Shown: positions 26,511 through 40,430, counted from the stretch's first letter. The stretch is 64,000 nucleotides of DNA from Nemertoderma westbladi (GCA_032718475.1 JAUCBJ010003832.1:56392-120391), one strand, 5' to 3'. Numbers and translations are program-made. The notes: generated by a model from the letters alone, not told the origin.

Positions 26511-27294
26511 AGCATTCTTAATGTATAATGCAGCTGCAATGCAGCATGCCGACAGCAAACCGGCCATACTATTATTACTAAGTTTTACTGTCTGTTATAT
26601 TTATAACATATTATTTTAATAACATGTCCTAATATGTCGCTTACGTGTTGCGCATGCGCGTGCGCATGCGTGCATTATAGAATCTCAGTTAAATATCATT
26701 TTGCTTCGCATGACTTAACATTTATTCAGTTGCTACCAAAATTTAATACATCAGACGATGTACTTGTGGGAGATAGTAAAGAGCCCGTCGACGAGTTCAT
26801 TTACCAACATTGACACGAGATCAAGCTTTACCAGAGGTATTACACAGACGCATTAATTATCTTCTCTCCTATAATAATTGCTACTTGTGCATGTGCTGTT
26901 TTTGGCCCTAGAACAGGTAGCCATTCAGACATCTCCTCTGAGCTATGAATAGCGATGCTTAATGCGGGATTAATAAGCTCATTGACTGACCAAAATTTTC
27001 CATTAGGTAATAATCCCCTTAAAGAACGTTGTAACTACAATTTGCTGATATGAGTGTATGACACTGCTGTATACAGCAGCGCCCGACTCAGACATTCTTG
27101 TTAAGACCTGAGACATTCAGAAAATCTCTCAATTATTTACAGATTGCACTTTTGATACCATAAATAGTATTGACAAAATGAGATGGGATCTCCTTTGGGA
27201 GCAATCACATTGTATTTAGTACCGTAAATGAATTGGAGTCGAGTTGTTAATGCACCTGTAATAATAATGCCATAATATGTTTTTTGATCAGAAA

Positions 27295-27800
27295 TTGAAA
27301 AAATGAGGAAGCACGTCACCGGCATCAACTCAACACTTCCTATACTAAATAGGAAAGCAAGTGTCATGGGAGAGTAGCTGAACTGGTTATACCGCTAACC
27401 ACTTCAGTGTTGAGGCCTGATAGGCCGAATTGCGCGCGCGTATAGTGCTGGTTAAACCCCTGGTGATCCGTAATTTTGCATTTTTCGAACAAAAATCATA
27501 TTATGACGTCATTGATTTCAGTTGCATTAACAGCTCATCTCCAATTTATTTATTAATATCACCTGGCACTAATACTCGAGCTGAATATTTATTTATTTGT
27601 ACTTTCCTCCTGTTTCACTTTAAATTACTTGAGGCCATCAGGTCCGCTGTTCGACTTACTGCGTCGTCCAATAGAAGTGGTTTAGAAGGGAGATCAAGTG
27701 TCAGGGGGAAGTGGCTGAAATGGTTAGCGATACGGGATGAGGCCTGATAGGCCAAAATGCGAATAGCGGTGGTTCAAACCCCGATGACTTGCGAAAATAA
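27295..27800. repeat. Dispersed repeat with a related copy at about 3975-4200
   Basis: Shared gaaaaaatgag..agcacgtcaccgg, ggcctatcag/ctgataggcc and cagttgca..acagctcatctccaatttat. Confidence 0.65.
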
Positions 27801-28719
27801 CGCCAAAACACAAGGCTTTAATTTTATTAGAAGCCTAACCACCATCGATAATATTCAACTGAAGAATGTTGACCATGGTCATTGATTGATAGCATCAGAA
27901 AATACATATGAGTTAGGAAGCCAAACTGTTGAATTGCTGTTTGTTGCACAAGACTAAATACGACAGCACTACACAGCACTACAGATAACACATGACAAAC
28001 GCCGAGCTTTTTGGTGCGATACCACCGGGATTAACGAGAACACAGATTACGATTCAGTGGGCACAGCTATAGAAGTAAAGACGAAGTCAGACCAGGCATA
28101 TTCTGGCAATACGTCTGGTAACACAAGGGAGTCGTTCCCGTTTGATGATTTGCTGTAACGTATTTACACCAACTTGAAATTGATACTGAACTTGGGAGAA
28201 ACTAAATGCGACGACTATCATAAAGCCTGATTTTCACTGTCCGAGCTTGCTCAGCCAAATAGTAATAGCAGTAGCTTGACAAATCACATACAGGTGATGC
28301 TGCTGAAGAGACACTCGGTTACATATGTAGTATTGAATTGGTAACATTGCGATTTTACATACTAGATGGCACTTTGAGCCAACAATGGTAATTTTTTAGT
28401 AGATTTCAATTATTCTACACTTCAAATTTATCCCATTAAAATACAATTGCTAAAGTCCCAGCTAGCACTTAAGCTTGGTTTTGACCTTGAAATATAAATG
28501 TCATAAAATATATTTATGCATTCAATGGCTACCAGTTCTTATGCATTCAATTTCTGTTTATTGTCGCATGTAATGTCTAGTCTTTGCGCTGTCCGCCTGT
28601 AAATGTATGTAGACCCCCCCCCCCCCCCCCCCCCCCCCCCTCCTTCCTACCGCTGCGCCAACATGCTTAGGTTCACCTTCCAATAGCCCAGACGGTAAGT
28701 TTGTGTTTCCCGCGTTTAG

Positions 28720-28913
28720 GACATTCAAAATGAACTACAGTTTCATGAGTCGATTGAGTTCAAAGCGAAAGAACAACGCTCCTCCGAGCCCATCGATACC
28801 TCAACAGCCGAGCGGCCCCCGATGCCGTTCAAAGAAGTCAGGAGCCACGTCCGGTGGTCACCCATTCCTACGTAAAACACATTCCAATGAGATTGGTGGC
28901 AATCTCTCATCAG
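28720..28913 (+). CDS. KCNQ: KCNQ exon (helix A-B linker)
   Basis: tttag acceptor in phase 2 matches previous donor; open frame TFKMNYSFMSRLSSKRK...NLSS; gtcaga donor; low-conservation region. Confidence 0.75.
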
Positions 28914-30171
28914 GTCAGATTATTTTGTAATTCCAATGTTGGTGTGATACAATAATTAATATTAATTGCAATACATACAATTTAAGATTTATTCCAAATT
29001 AAATAACAATATTATCGATCATGATTGGCAATAAAATATGGCAATGCATACAGGAACGAATAGTAACTATATACTCGATTTAAATAAAGTAACAGCGTAT
29101 TTCACACTGGTTCAAGTTGGTAAATCTCTACGAACGTTGTGACACACTGGTAGGTTCCAGTGCGGTACTGGTATTTATTACTGAATTCTGAAACAAATAG
29201 TAAATGTGACAATGAAAGCCTATTTACTAGAATCTATTCTAGTAGGGTTTTGATGTATCCAATTATAAAATTATAAAAAGCCAAGTCTATGTCTCGTGTA
29301 TGTATGTCTTCCCTCTTTGGTGTGTCTGTATGTATCTATTGCTGAATGTCCTTATGTGTGACGTATGTCGTCTACTTGTATTTTTTGTGTGAATTCGTTG
29401 TACACAGTAATTATTGATTACTTTTTGAAACTATTGGAATTGTCATAATAATTAGGGAAACAATATTCAGTAACATTAAGTCTGTTGCAAAATAAATGGA
29501 AGTAACTGGAATTCATTTCAGATAAAAAGGCAGTTACCCTGACACAGGCGCTGCGTATTACTTTCATGTACAGTTTTCTTAGCTGATAATTTTACATCAC
29601 AGATAGTGTAACATCAGTTATTTTGATTGTTTTCGTTCGTGTATTCCGTATCAAATAAAACCTTCTAAACCTTTGTTGTTTGTAAACATTTCCCTCATCA
29701 CTATATTAAAAGTAAAACATTGTTTCTCCATGTATCCGTCTTTATATATTATTTTTGTTACCTTAATTATTTCAGAATACATAGTGTCAGAATACATATG
29801 TGAAAGTGAAAGTATCCATATCAAATCCGTGATTTTTACCCAACTTACCAGTCATGCTTAGCAGCAAAAGCCTCTAAAGAAAAATGAATAAGTAACATTT
29901 GTAATTGCAACATTGTGAATATTGGGTTATTTTTTATTTGAACTATTGAAGTACATAAACTTAACTACAGGTTTTAGCTATATTTGTGTGTTTATAGGGA
30001 TTCCAATCCAACAAAGAGATGCATGCCTATCTAAATTTGAGTGAATGAATCATAATAATTATTTTTCATAATGTGGAAAGTAAAGGACAAAAGTAGGTTC
30101 ATACTGATGGATAACTTCCTAAAATTAATGCTGGAAGCTCAATTCGAACCGACACTTCTCACAAACCATGG

Positions 30172-31019
30172 CAAATAGTTCCACCAAAACTATACCAGAG
30201 CAAATAGTTCTACCAAAACTATACCAGAGCAAATAGATCTACCAAAACTATTCCAGAGCAAAAAGTTCAACCAAAACTATACCAGAGCAAATAGTTCTAC
30301 CAAAACTATACCAGAGCAAATAGTTCTACCAAAACTATACCAGAGCAAATAGTTCTACCAAAACTATACCAGAGCAAATAGTTCTACCAAAACTATACCA
30401 AAAATATAGTTCTACCAAAACAATGCCAGAGCAGAAAGTTCTACCAAAACTATACCAGAGCAAATAGTTCTACCAAAACTATACCAGAGCAAATAGTTCT
30501 ATCAAAACTATACCAGAGCAAATAGTTCTACCAAAACTATACCAGAGCAAATAGTTCTACCAAAACTATACCAAAAATATAGTTCTACCAAAACAATGCC
30601 AGAGCAAAAAGTTCTACCAAAACTATACCAGAGCAAATAGTTCTACCAAAACTACACCAGAGCAAATAGTTCTACCAAAACTATACCAGAGCAAATAGTT
30701 CTACCAAAACTATACCAAAAATATAGTTCTACCAAAACAATGCCAGAGCAAAAAGTTCTACCAAAACTATACCAGAGCAAATAGTTCTACCAAAACTACA
30801 CCAGAGCAAATAGTTCTACCAAAACTATACCAGAGCAAATAGTTCTACCAAAACTATACCAGAGCAAATAGTTCTTCCAAAACTATACCAGAGCAAATAG
30901 TTCTAACAAAACTATACCAGAGCAAATAGTTCTACCAAAACTATACCAGAGCAAATAGTTCTAACAAAACTATACCAGAGCAAATAGTTCTACCAAAACT
31001 ATACCAGAGAAAATAGTTA
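30172..31019. repeat. 29-bp minisatellite, about 29 copies
   Basis: Unit ccaaaactataccagagcaaatagttcta; a variant pair recurs three times. Confidence 0.96.
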
Positions 31020-31314
31020 TTTTTTTACAAACTTTTAAAAATGCTTCTTGATCAATATCACGACAGTCGCACCACTGATATACCGCGTCTTTTAGTTCCA
31101 ACATAATTAATGAAATGCTGAGGCGCGGCTGGAAATGAAATGATAAGTTGAAAGACAATCCGGGCTGAACAAAATCGGTGTATTTAACTGTAGTCGGGTA
31201 CTTGAATGATGAAATAAGTTTAATGCTGATTAATTTTAATTGTCATTTTCTCTAAATAATTTCTGTTCGTCTAATAAAATATCCAACGTTTATTTATATT
31301 CTTTATTGCAACAG

Positions 31315-31455
31315 CAGATACAACAGGGGGATCCCAAGAGCGACTTAATCACTCTTCAACCAGCCTAAACGAGTTACTCAGCCCGCCTAAGGAATACGTT
31401 CGCAGCCCAAGTCTAAATCCGCATTCAGCTAGTTTCAGCCAGGAGCGCACGTCAG
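31315..31455 (+). CDS. KCNQ: KCNQ exon (helix A-B linker), NAGNAG acceptor
   Basis: acagcag tandem acceptor; phase 1-1 open frame (A)DTTGGSQERLNHSSTSLNELLSPPKEYVRSPSLNPHSASFSQERTS; gtgggt donor. Confidence 0.7.
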
Positions 31456-33526
31456 GTGGGTACAATGTACTCTTGTAGGCGGCCTACTGAGCATGTGAGC
31501 AACCTGTAATTTGTAGCACTTTTTACTGGGACCAGACTGTACTGTATGTTAATACTGTAGTAATAAAATGTTAATTGGGAGGGCGGTTGAGGTATAGTTT
31601 ATGGTGCAATAAAGTGCCTTAAATCCGCATTTTTTCAGATTTTAAATCAATCCATTTCATTCGGGATTCTGGAAAAAACCCAATCAATGCACCCCCAACT
31701 CCAAATACTGAATAACATTTTTATGTAATTATGTAATAAGTACCTATAAAAAAAATATATAAATAACATTTAGTGTTTTGTTTTGAAGTTGATTATGTCC
31801 AATGTTCCATATATTGTATTTTATATATTCATACAGTACTGTATATTGCATATAATGTACTTTCGCCTGCCTCGTCCTTAGCCGAAGGTGATCCATTGCT
31901 AATGTTTTCTAAGAAAGTTTTTTTTACTGTAGTCATATAGTAACATGGATATTAGCGAAGGGCAGGGAAATAGATTCCCTTTCCTTCTCTGTTAAAATTT
32001 CGAAAATTTCTTTTAATTTTTCGCGAAAACGGATCGTTTTGGGTCAAAGAGTCACAAAATATAACCCAAATTCTTGGGCTAATTTTTTCGACTAAATCTG
32101 TATTCAGCCCCAGGGTGCATTGAGACGATAAGCTGGAGATTCAACCTTAAATAGGCTGATTAAAAATACAAAAATACGTTTTTTGCAATATTTTTTCAAA
32201 ATATTGAACAAAAACTAACTTATTATTGTAATTTTAATTATCCTACTGTCCCGTATATCTTTGCTATGTTAATAATCGATGTCAACTCACTGAAAAGTAT
32301 ATATTGTTATTGTCTCTCTGCTATTATAGCGAACAATTTAGCAAACTGTAAATCTGGAGATGGAGTAAATCTGCTTGCAGCTGCGGTCCAGGGGGGGTAT
32401 ATTCTGAAGGGGACAGAATCAACTGTTACACCGGTACAGTTTCTCTTTTCAATCGCGTAACTGTAATTAATGCATTATTATAGTAGCAGCATTTATGTTT
32501 CGGCTTACACCTGGGACACTCAGTCAAGGCTACATTCGTCCATGCTTCGAGTAAGAGAAGAATCACAACCACATTTTAATTTAAACCCCAAAAAAAGCAT
32601 TTTGGGAATTAGTTAGGAGTGCAATAGGTAGTAGGTTGAATAGAATAGGGATGGGTAATGTGTATTATACAGACGATTGGATGCTTTATGGTTGCAGTAT
32701 ATCGTATATACCACAAAGGATTTAATTATTGAAAGCAGAAATGGAGAAAAGGAGAAATTTAATCTTAAAATTGAAGCTACCAAGTGGAACTAGGAAACCA
32801 TAATGTATGAAACGAACCACGACCAGACAGCTTTTCCCTCTGGTAATCCTGTGGGAAGGAATCTCTATATTACACTTTTCAGTTTTTCATATATTATTGA
32901 GGGAATACAACAGCACAACAGATAACATTATTAACTAGGCCTACTTAATTATTTATGTAAACGGAAACAAAATCCAGCCACAGGGCTCTGGTAAATCACA
33001 TTGTTAGAATCGGACTCCTGGACGCTGGACCTGAACTGGTTGTATATAACTGTGCGTTCCTCTCGGGACTAAAACTAGAGGCCTCTGATATGGTGATCAG
33101 TTTTGTTCGTTCTGAGGTGATAACTGAAGGGTAAATCAAATATATGCACAACAACAGTTGCTACAATGTTACTACAACAACAGTGAGAAAGCAATTTTGA
33201 TTGTCTAAGATACGACCGTATAATTGGCTAAATTGCTGTGGTTGTTGGTTGTCGGTTGTCGGCGTAAGGTTTGTAGCCCAGGAGTGATCAATGTTATTGG
33301 TTAAATCGCTACTCATGACATAATAATATAAGTTTTGAGGATATCGATACAATTTTCCTATACAATTTATTACTTGAAAAATATATAGTTTTTTTTTACT
33401 AAGCCTGCTAGGTGTATAATTATTTTGCCAGGCGATAGTTAATGCGCTCAGTTAATTACCTATTACTCGATCATGACAAGAAGGATCGACCCCACTTAGC
33501 GCAGTCGCCAAAGGCATACATAAAAC

Positions 33527-33694
33527 TAATAGACAATGAGTTAGTGCGTTTAGAAGGACCTTTTTCTAAGTGACCAAAAATATGATTTAACATGAAATTA
33601 CCGAGTATATTTCGGGCAACAGCCCTTTATCAACCCTATATTTTTGGTCACTTAGAAAAAGGTCCTTCTAAACGCACTAACTCATTGTCTATTA
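33527..33694. mobile_element. Hairpin MITE with approximately 56-bp perfect arms
   Basis: taatagacaatgagttagtgcgtttagaaggacctttttctaagtgaccaaaaatat and its reverse complement. Confidence 0.85.
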
Positions 33695-34013
33695 TGATAC
33701 CACCGGTGACCTGGGCAAAAACCTATTTACAGAGAATCCCTCTATCCGCGGACCATACATAAATCTGCAGGTCTGCTGAATTGCAACGTATTACTGTTGC
33801 TGGTGACGATACGGATATAAAGTATACAGCATTATTAACACACGGTACATGAATAGAAGCAGCTTCCGCCATATTTAAGAATAAAACTCAATGTATTATT
33901 TGAATATAAAATCCTCCATTTTTGGGAATAAAATTTGCCTTAGTTTCCCTTGTATCCATTAATGCTGTAGAAAAATTTGTTCAATTAACTTTTATATGTT
34001 TTCTTTTAAATAG

Positions 34014-34224
34014 TGTCAGATGATGAATGGGATGAGTCACGCGGTCTTACAAAACTGACGGCTCGACACAAAACTACAATACGGGCTCTTCGGAAAATCA
34101 AGTACTTCGTTGCAAAACGCAAGTTCAAAGAAGCATTGAAGCCATATGATGTAAAAGATGTCATTGAGCAGTATTCAGCCGGACATGTAGACATGCTAGC
34201 GAGAATAAAAACATTACAAGCTAG
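34014..34224 (+). CDS. KCNQ: KCNQ exon (helices B and C)
   Basis: [53 protein letters not shown] is the diagnostic KCNQ C-terminal domain. Confidence 0.96.
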
Positions 34225-34870
34225 GTAAAAACATTCTATTGTTGCCATACATGTAAATCTCATTAATTTTTCTAACAATTACCAATCCTTCAATACTTCG
34301 TTCTAATGTGAAATTAACATTCAGTTCACATTTTGAGGTGACATGTGATGAAAACATCCGCATTGCCTAATCACTTGAGTTCTATTATCGGAATTATTTA
34401 TAAATTAGAACTGCATTCTAAATATAAAACTTGAAGCAATCCCAATTTTATGGATTAATAGAGTTAATATCTCTTCTCAATGTTAATTGATCAATTAATG
34501 GAAAGGAGCAGGTTAGATTGACACGTTATTCTTACTAACCAAATTAATAAACAAAGTAATAGAACCAGTTACAGTTTTATTTTTGAGAGAAATCTGCTAT
34601 TATTTGCGTTGATTTTCCCCTGGAGAGGGTTGAATTTTGTTTGAGTCGAAAGACCCCCTTTTATCTGTCAACTAAACAAAATGGGATAATTATATTTAAT
34701 AGCTGTATTCCATAAACTTAATGAATTATGATGGCCATCGCATACTAAATAAATAGATAATACAGTTAAACTTACTTGATGTAACCTGATAAACCCTGCT
34801 GTAACCGGATAAACCCCTTATAATCTAAGATCAATGCAAGAAATAATAAACATATTCATTATTTATACAG

Positions 34871-35804
34871 GATTGATTTGATATTTGGTGGTGTACCAAC
34901 AAATGATAAACCTGGGAAAAAGTCGAAGAAAGAGCGCGATCGTGAGCGAGAAAGGGAAAGAGAGCAGCGTAAACATCTTCCTTATGCAGATGCCAAAGTT
35001 CCTCTGGCACTACGAATAATGAATATAGAGAAACAAATGGGGATAATGGATGTTCACCTTAAGCAGTTTATTGAAATGTACCAACAGGACCGTAATAGCA
35101 GGATGTCGTGCTGCTGTCAACATCAGACACAGGAGAAAACGCATTCACAATCATCGATTAATAAATCGATGAGAAGTGACGAAGATGAAAGGAACATTGA
35201 ACGTCTAAAACTGCCACCTGCTATTTGTCTAGATCCAAATGTGGCAGTAGAAACTGCACATTGTAGGTCACACTCAGTGTCAATGCCATCCCGAGTCGCA
35301 AACAATAATGCATCCACTATGCATAGACCTAACGCAACATACTCAGAACATACACGTTCAAACTCAGAACGAAGATGTTCGGACTCCGAAGTAATCAAAT
35401 TTAACCTGGACCACACACATTCCGACCCAGAACGAGATCGAACTCTTGTAGTGAGGAAACGGTCACCTGTGGGGAGGAATCTATCTCCGGAACCCCCATC
35501 CCTGCCAGGGGCCAACCCATCCAAAGTGGTTTTTCAGTTTGATAACTCGAGTTCTTTGAGTGATGACGCTGACTCAGTTCATTCTCTAGTCGATGTACAT
35601 GTGGAATCAAACTCTCGTGCAGTCATAATCTACCCGCCATGGAGCCGTAAGCAACGTTCTGACTCACAACCTGCAATCTCGTGGCGTTCTCGCGCGCGGG
35701 CACGTTTTCAGGGTCACAAGTCCACTAGTCAACCAGCTATTAGTGAGCAGAACAGGATGGTTACTGAGGCCTTACTGATGGACCAAGTAATAGATGACAC
35801 TTAA
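34871..35804 (+). CDS. KCNQ: KCNQ last exon (helix D and distal tail)
   Basis: tacag acceptor in phase 2; IDLIFG...LALRIMNIEKQMGIMDVHLKQFIEMY helix D coiled coil; TAA at 35802-35804. The 11 exons join into one uninterrupted frame of 817 codons plus stop. Confidence 0.92.
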
Positions 35805-35956
35805 ACTACACCTATTTCACATAGCATTTAAAATATTTTCAATCTAATTTAAAGTTATTTCTCTTTTTCTATTTTTCTTATTTTTATCTTCTGTAATTTC
35901 AAATATTTTTTGTACTATAATTCAGACAGTGTTTCTTTATATACCAATTAATTATA

Positions 35957-35962
35957 AATAAA
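35957..35962 (+). promoter_or_regulatory. Candidate polyadenylation signal of KCNQ
   Basis: AATAAA about 150 bp after the stop; AT-rich context lowers specificity. Confidence 0.4.
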
Positions 35963-37481
35963 ATATTGCTTATTATTATTGTCTCTTTCCCCAAACCTTA
36001 ATATTTTTTGTTTGAAATTCCATTAAACACAATATAGTTGAAAAAATTTGAATAATATGATTATCTTGCTGCTAAGCTTGCACTCGAATTCCTCTCTAAT
36101 AGTTTATAATTATTAGCAAGTCGTAGGACTTGATTACTGTAAGAATTGTTGGTGGCTGGCTGGCTGGCTGACTGACTGGCTGGCTGGCTGGCTGGCTGAC
36201 TGATCTACAGCCAAAACTACTCTAACGATTTTGCTGAAATTTTCACAGCAGCTAGATACCGCGATTCTAAGGTCCCTGGTATGTTTCGCTATTTCGTCCA
36301 TGAGCCGTGGGCTCGAAAAATAGACATAAACGAAAAAACGCCATAGGCGCAATGGTAAAATAACACCAATAACAGCTTGTTGATGGAATTTACATTTGAT
36401 TGATGACTTCCGACTTGCTTAACGGCGTCTTGACGCCGTCTCTAGTAATTAACATGCAGTTGGGATTGTAAGTTAAACAATGACATGATGACCAGTGGGG
36501 AGACCAATTCAATTACACCCAATTTGTAGAGTATTCGGTTATATTAAGTTGTCAACTTATCACCTCTGCTGATATCCTTGTAATCCTGCAAAATAGCTAT
36601 TTGCAGCTTACGACCTAACTAACGGTCGGAATGCTGCAAACGCTTAGAAACAATTGAGACTTGTCTTTAGTATTACCCATTGCTGTGGCGTGGATGATAG
36701 CCAAGCCATTATTGCATTCTAGTATAAGATAATTTAAAGTACAGTTGTTATAATAAATGCAATTAATTGCCTAAAAATGTATATGATGAAAGTTTCTTAA
36801 CATTGGAATATTAGAGTGTTTAATTTAACATTTGTAACTCCAATAAGTGACATAATCAATATCCAGCATTACAAATTATGTAAACCTCCCACGCAGTGCT
36901 TGCTCGCTCAGTACATAAATAAATACACTCGAGTCAGGTCATTACTCTGACTTTCCACACAATGATGTAAATAGTTATGTCTTTTAGCATAGTTTGTCTG
37001 TCTGTGTAGGCAAAAGTTGCAATGTATTATGTACTGTAGTTATAGGGCTGAGCCATGTTACAGCACGTGCACTAGCTATCATATGGAGTCCATACTGGTC
37101 TTTGGATGGCACATACATAAGAATGCTGTGCTGGGTTCATTGTGTCAAGTACAATGAACACATCTCCAACCAGACCCTATAAAGCATTGTGCTTGTCAGT
37201 TATTAGTCTATAAATCAAACTGGCGACCCGTCAACCACTCACAAAAATAATGTGGTTTATAGGATCAAACAATTATCAAAGTATGAAGTATAATTAATGG
37301 GAAATGAATTTTTATAACGCAAAGAAGTTATATAATAATGATAGTACTATTAAAAACTTATAGAAAAGTCATTACAATGCCTGTCAGGAGTCAAGGTTGC
37401 CACCGCGAAGATGCATTATCACTTGTTCGAGCTGCATCACTCTGGCAATATAGGCTTCTGTCAATGCTTCCTGTCTATTTA

Positions 37482-38197
37482 TCATTCTGCATTTTCAGCA
37501 TCTTTTACTGTCTCTTTTTCCCCTTGTGCTACCTCTGCTGGTGCTTCTTCCGCTGGTGCATCATCCTCAAGTGGTGGCTCCGGTGGTGCTTCATCTGATG
37601 GTACTGATGCTTCTTCTGTTGGTGCATCATCTGCGCTTGGTGCTTCCAGTGGTGCTTCATCTGATGGTGCTTCTTGTGCTGGGGCTCCTTCGGCTAGTAC
37701 TTCTTCTGCTGTTGTATCTTCTGCTGGTGCTTCTTCTTCTGGTGTTTGTTCTTCCGCTGGTGCTTCTACTGGCGCCTCTTCATCTGCTGCTTCTGTTGAT
37801 GCCTCTTCTCCAGCTGGTGCATCTTCTGGTGGTGCATCTTCTGGTGGTGCATCTTCTGGTGGTGCATCATCTGGTGGTGCATCTTCTGTTGGTGCGTCAT
37901 CTGTTGGTGCTTCATCTGCTGGTGTCTCATCTGCTGATGCTTCAACTGCTGGTGCTTCATCTGCTGGTGCTTCTTCCCCCTGTGCTTCTTCTGCATGGGG
38001 TTCTTGAACTGGTTCCTCTTCTGCTGGGACTTCTTCTGCCGCTGCACCTTCAGCTGTTTCTTCAACAGTGTCTCCCAATGATGGTATTTTGCACAACATC
38101 CTTGCGAATTCTACATAACTAACATTGCCATCTTCATTAACATCTGCTGTCGAGAACATCTCTTCAATCTCATCATCTGTCAACGATTCTCCTTGAC
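37482..38197 (-). CDS. Calmodulin-like protein last exon (EF-hand 4 and acidic Ala/Pro repeat tail)
   Basis: GQGESLTDDEIEEMFSTADVNEDGNVSYVEFARML followed by [ED][ED]AP[APT] pentapeptide repeats; tgcag acceptor in phase 1; spliced product about 348 aa. Confidence 0.9.
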
Positions 38198-38289
38198 CTG
38201 CATTAAATAATGAAGATTTAAACATATATAATTACAGGGGCCCATTCAGTAGGACCAGCATTGACGAAATACTAGCTCAAAGTATACTA

Positions 38290-38611
38290 GCACAAACCAT
38301 TGCAGCAATCAGATCAGTATACGATGGTTCAACGACATTTATGTTGATGGTGACACAGATCCATTGGAAGTACTATGGGGAGTCCTCCAGGGTGACACAC
38401 TTGCACCATTCTTATTCATATCATAATTGTGGTTGACTATGTCCTACGCATGTCCTTAGATCATCATAATGATGATGGGGTGATAGTAACTTCACCTACT
38501 GGCTCCAGAAGTCGGATAAATCCAGCCAAATACCTAACTGATCTAGACTTTGCTGATGACTTAGGAGTACTCTCAGAATCACTAGAGGGAGCCCAACTAA
38601 TGATTAACTAA
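38290..38611 (+). mobile_element. RTE-clade non-LTR retrotransposon reverse transcriptase fragment, in an intron of the calmodulin-like gene
   Basis: GVLQGDTLAPFLF, a frameshift, then IVVDYVLR...YLTDLDFADDLGVLSESLEGAQLMIN. Confidence 0.85.
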
Positions 38612-38639
38612 TTACTAACTAATGAGCTCTTCCATCTCA

Positions 38640-38960
38640 TTAGAACAGGGTGTGGGGCGAGACACATAGTCGGCAAACCTTGGAATACGTTTCAAATAGG
38701 GTAAATGGGGCATGTCCGTCTGTCCGTCCATCCGTCCGTCTGTCCTTCCGTCTGTCCGTCTGTATGGTAAATGTTTAAACGCGAATTTCTCGGCATCGCT
38801 GGTTCGGAATTGAACCAAACTAGTAGGTAAGTAGTAGAGGGAAAGTTTCTAAAGTTTGTAAAGTTTGGTGACAAATCATGCAAGTCTGACCTCAGCTACG
38901 ACAGATTATGTGGTTTTTAGAAAATCTTAAATTTCGCGGGAATGCCTCATTTTCCTGAGC
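38640..38960. mobile_element. Possible DINE/Helentron-associated non-autonomous element
   Basis: (gtcc/gtct)n microsatellite followed by aacgcgaatttctcgg; architecture resemblance only. Confidence 0.4.
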
Positions 38961-39594
38961 TGAAATTTTGGGTATTTTGAGAATCAAGAAGTCTGTCTTT
39001 TACTGTCTATCTCATTGAATTGGGGATCCGCGAGAGACTCAGAAGTAATGACATACGTAGGCCTAAAGGTACGGTACTGAGCTGTACTGTGCAGCACTGA
39101 TAAGAACGAAATTGCAGAATAACAATTTGACACCACCGAGCGGATTAATATAATAATGATTGTATATCGAATGAATACATTTATAGCATGGTGTATGGCG
39201 TCCGAGCCACGAAGTTGGCGGAGCCTTTACGAAATGACTCTATCTATCGGTAGTGATTTTTTATGTCCTTTTATTTGACTCTTTCGGTCCTTTTTTTACG
39301 AATTATGTATAATGACTTTTGTTGTCCTTTTAATGACTTTTATTGTCCTTTTAATGACTTTTTATGTATGTATTTCTTCAAACTGTCAGACTGCTGATTT
39401 CTGGACTGTCAGACAGTTGATTTCACTATGCCTGTGCCAAAACATTCCATGATTCCATGATTTATAGACTATGAGATAGATTTCCATATGCGCCTGTGGT
39501 AAAAAGACTCTATATTTAATAGTTTGTGGTTGTTGTCGATAATCGATTACCACATGACGTAGTAAAACACTCATTTTATAGCCAAAAACAATTA

Positions 39595-40430
39595 CCAATT
39601 GATGGAAAGGAGCAGGTTAAGGCCGAGTTTTCTAACCAAAACAATAAACAGTCACTTTACCAAATCAGGGAAAGGAGCAGGTTACAGAGACGGGATTTTC
39701 TAACCAAAACAATAAACGATCACTTAACTAATTGAGGGAAAGGAGCATGTTACAGAGGCGGGATTTTCTAACCAAAACAATAAACGATCATTTAACTAAT
39801 TGAGGGAAAGGGACAGGTTACAGAGGCGGAATTTTCTAACCAAAACAATAAACGATCACTTAACTAATTGAGGGAAAGGAGCAGGTTACAGAGGCGGGAT
39901 TTTCTAACCAAAACAATAAACGATCATTTAACTAATTGAGGGAAAGGGGCAGGTTACAGAGGCGGGCCTTTCTAACCAAAACAATAAACGGTCACTTTAC
40001 CAATTCAGGGAAAGGAGCAGGTTACAGAGGCGGGATTTTCTAACCAAAACAATAAACGATCATTTAACTAATTGAGGGAAAGGGGCAGGTTACAGAGGCG
40101 GGATTTTCTAACCAAAACAATAAACGATCATTTAACTAATTGAGGGAAAGGAGCAGGTTACAGAGACGGGATTTTCTAACCAAAACAATAAACGATAACA
40201 TTACCAATTGAGAGAAAGGAACAGGTTACAGAGGCGGGATTTTCTAACCAAAACAATAAACGATAACATTACCAATTGAGGGAAAGGAGCAGGTTACAGA
40301 GGCGGGATTTTCTAACCAAAACAATAAACGATCACTTAACTAATTGAGGGAGAGGAGCAGGTTAAGGCCGGATTTTCTAACCAAAACAATAAACAGTCAC
40401 TTTACCAAATCAGGGAAAGGAGCAGGTTAT
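39595..40430. repeat. 68-bp tandem array, about 12 copies
   Basis: Unit ttgagggaaaggagcaggttacagaggcgggattttctaaccaaaacaataaacgatcatttaactaa; monomers also at about 12025, 34497 and 50925 (inverted). Confidence 0.95.

Noticed and set aside
37338-38122. Plus-strand Ser/Ala/Gly-rich and Leu/Val/His-rich ORFs, and the alternative-frame Q/K/H ORF
   Set aside because: Shadows of the 15-bp repeat tail of the minus-strand calmodulin-like exon.
39595-40430. CRISPR-like appearance of the regular arrays (also 30172-31019 and 7335-7940)
   Set aside because: Contiguous tandem units with no unique spacers, no cas genes, and a eukaryotic context.
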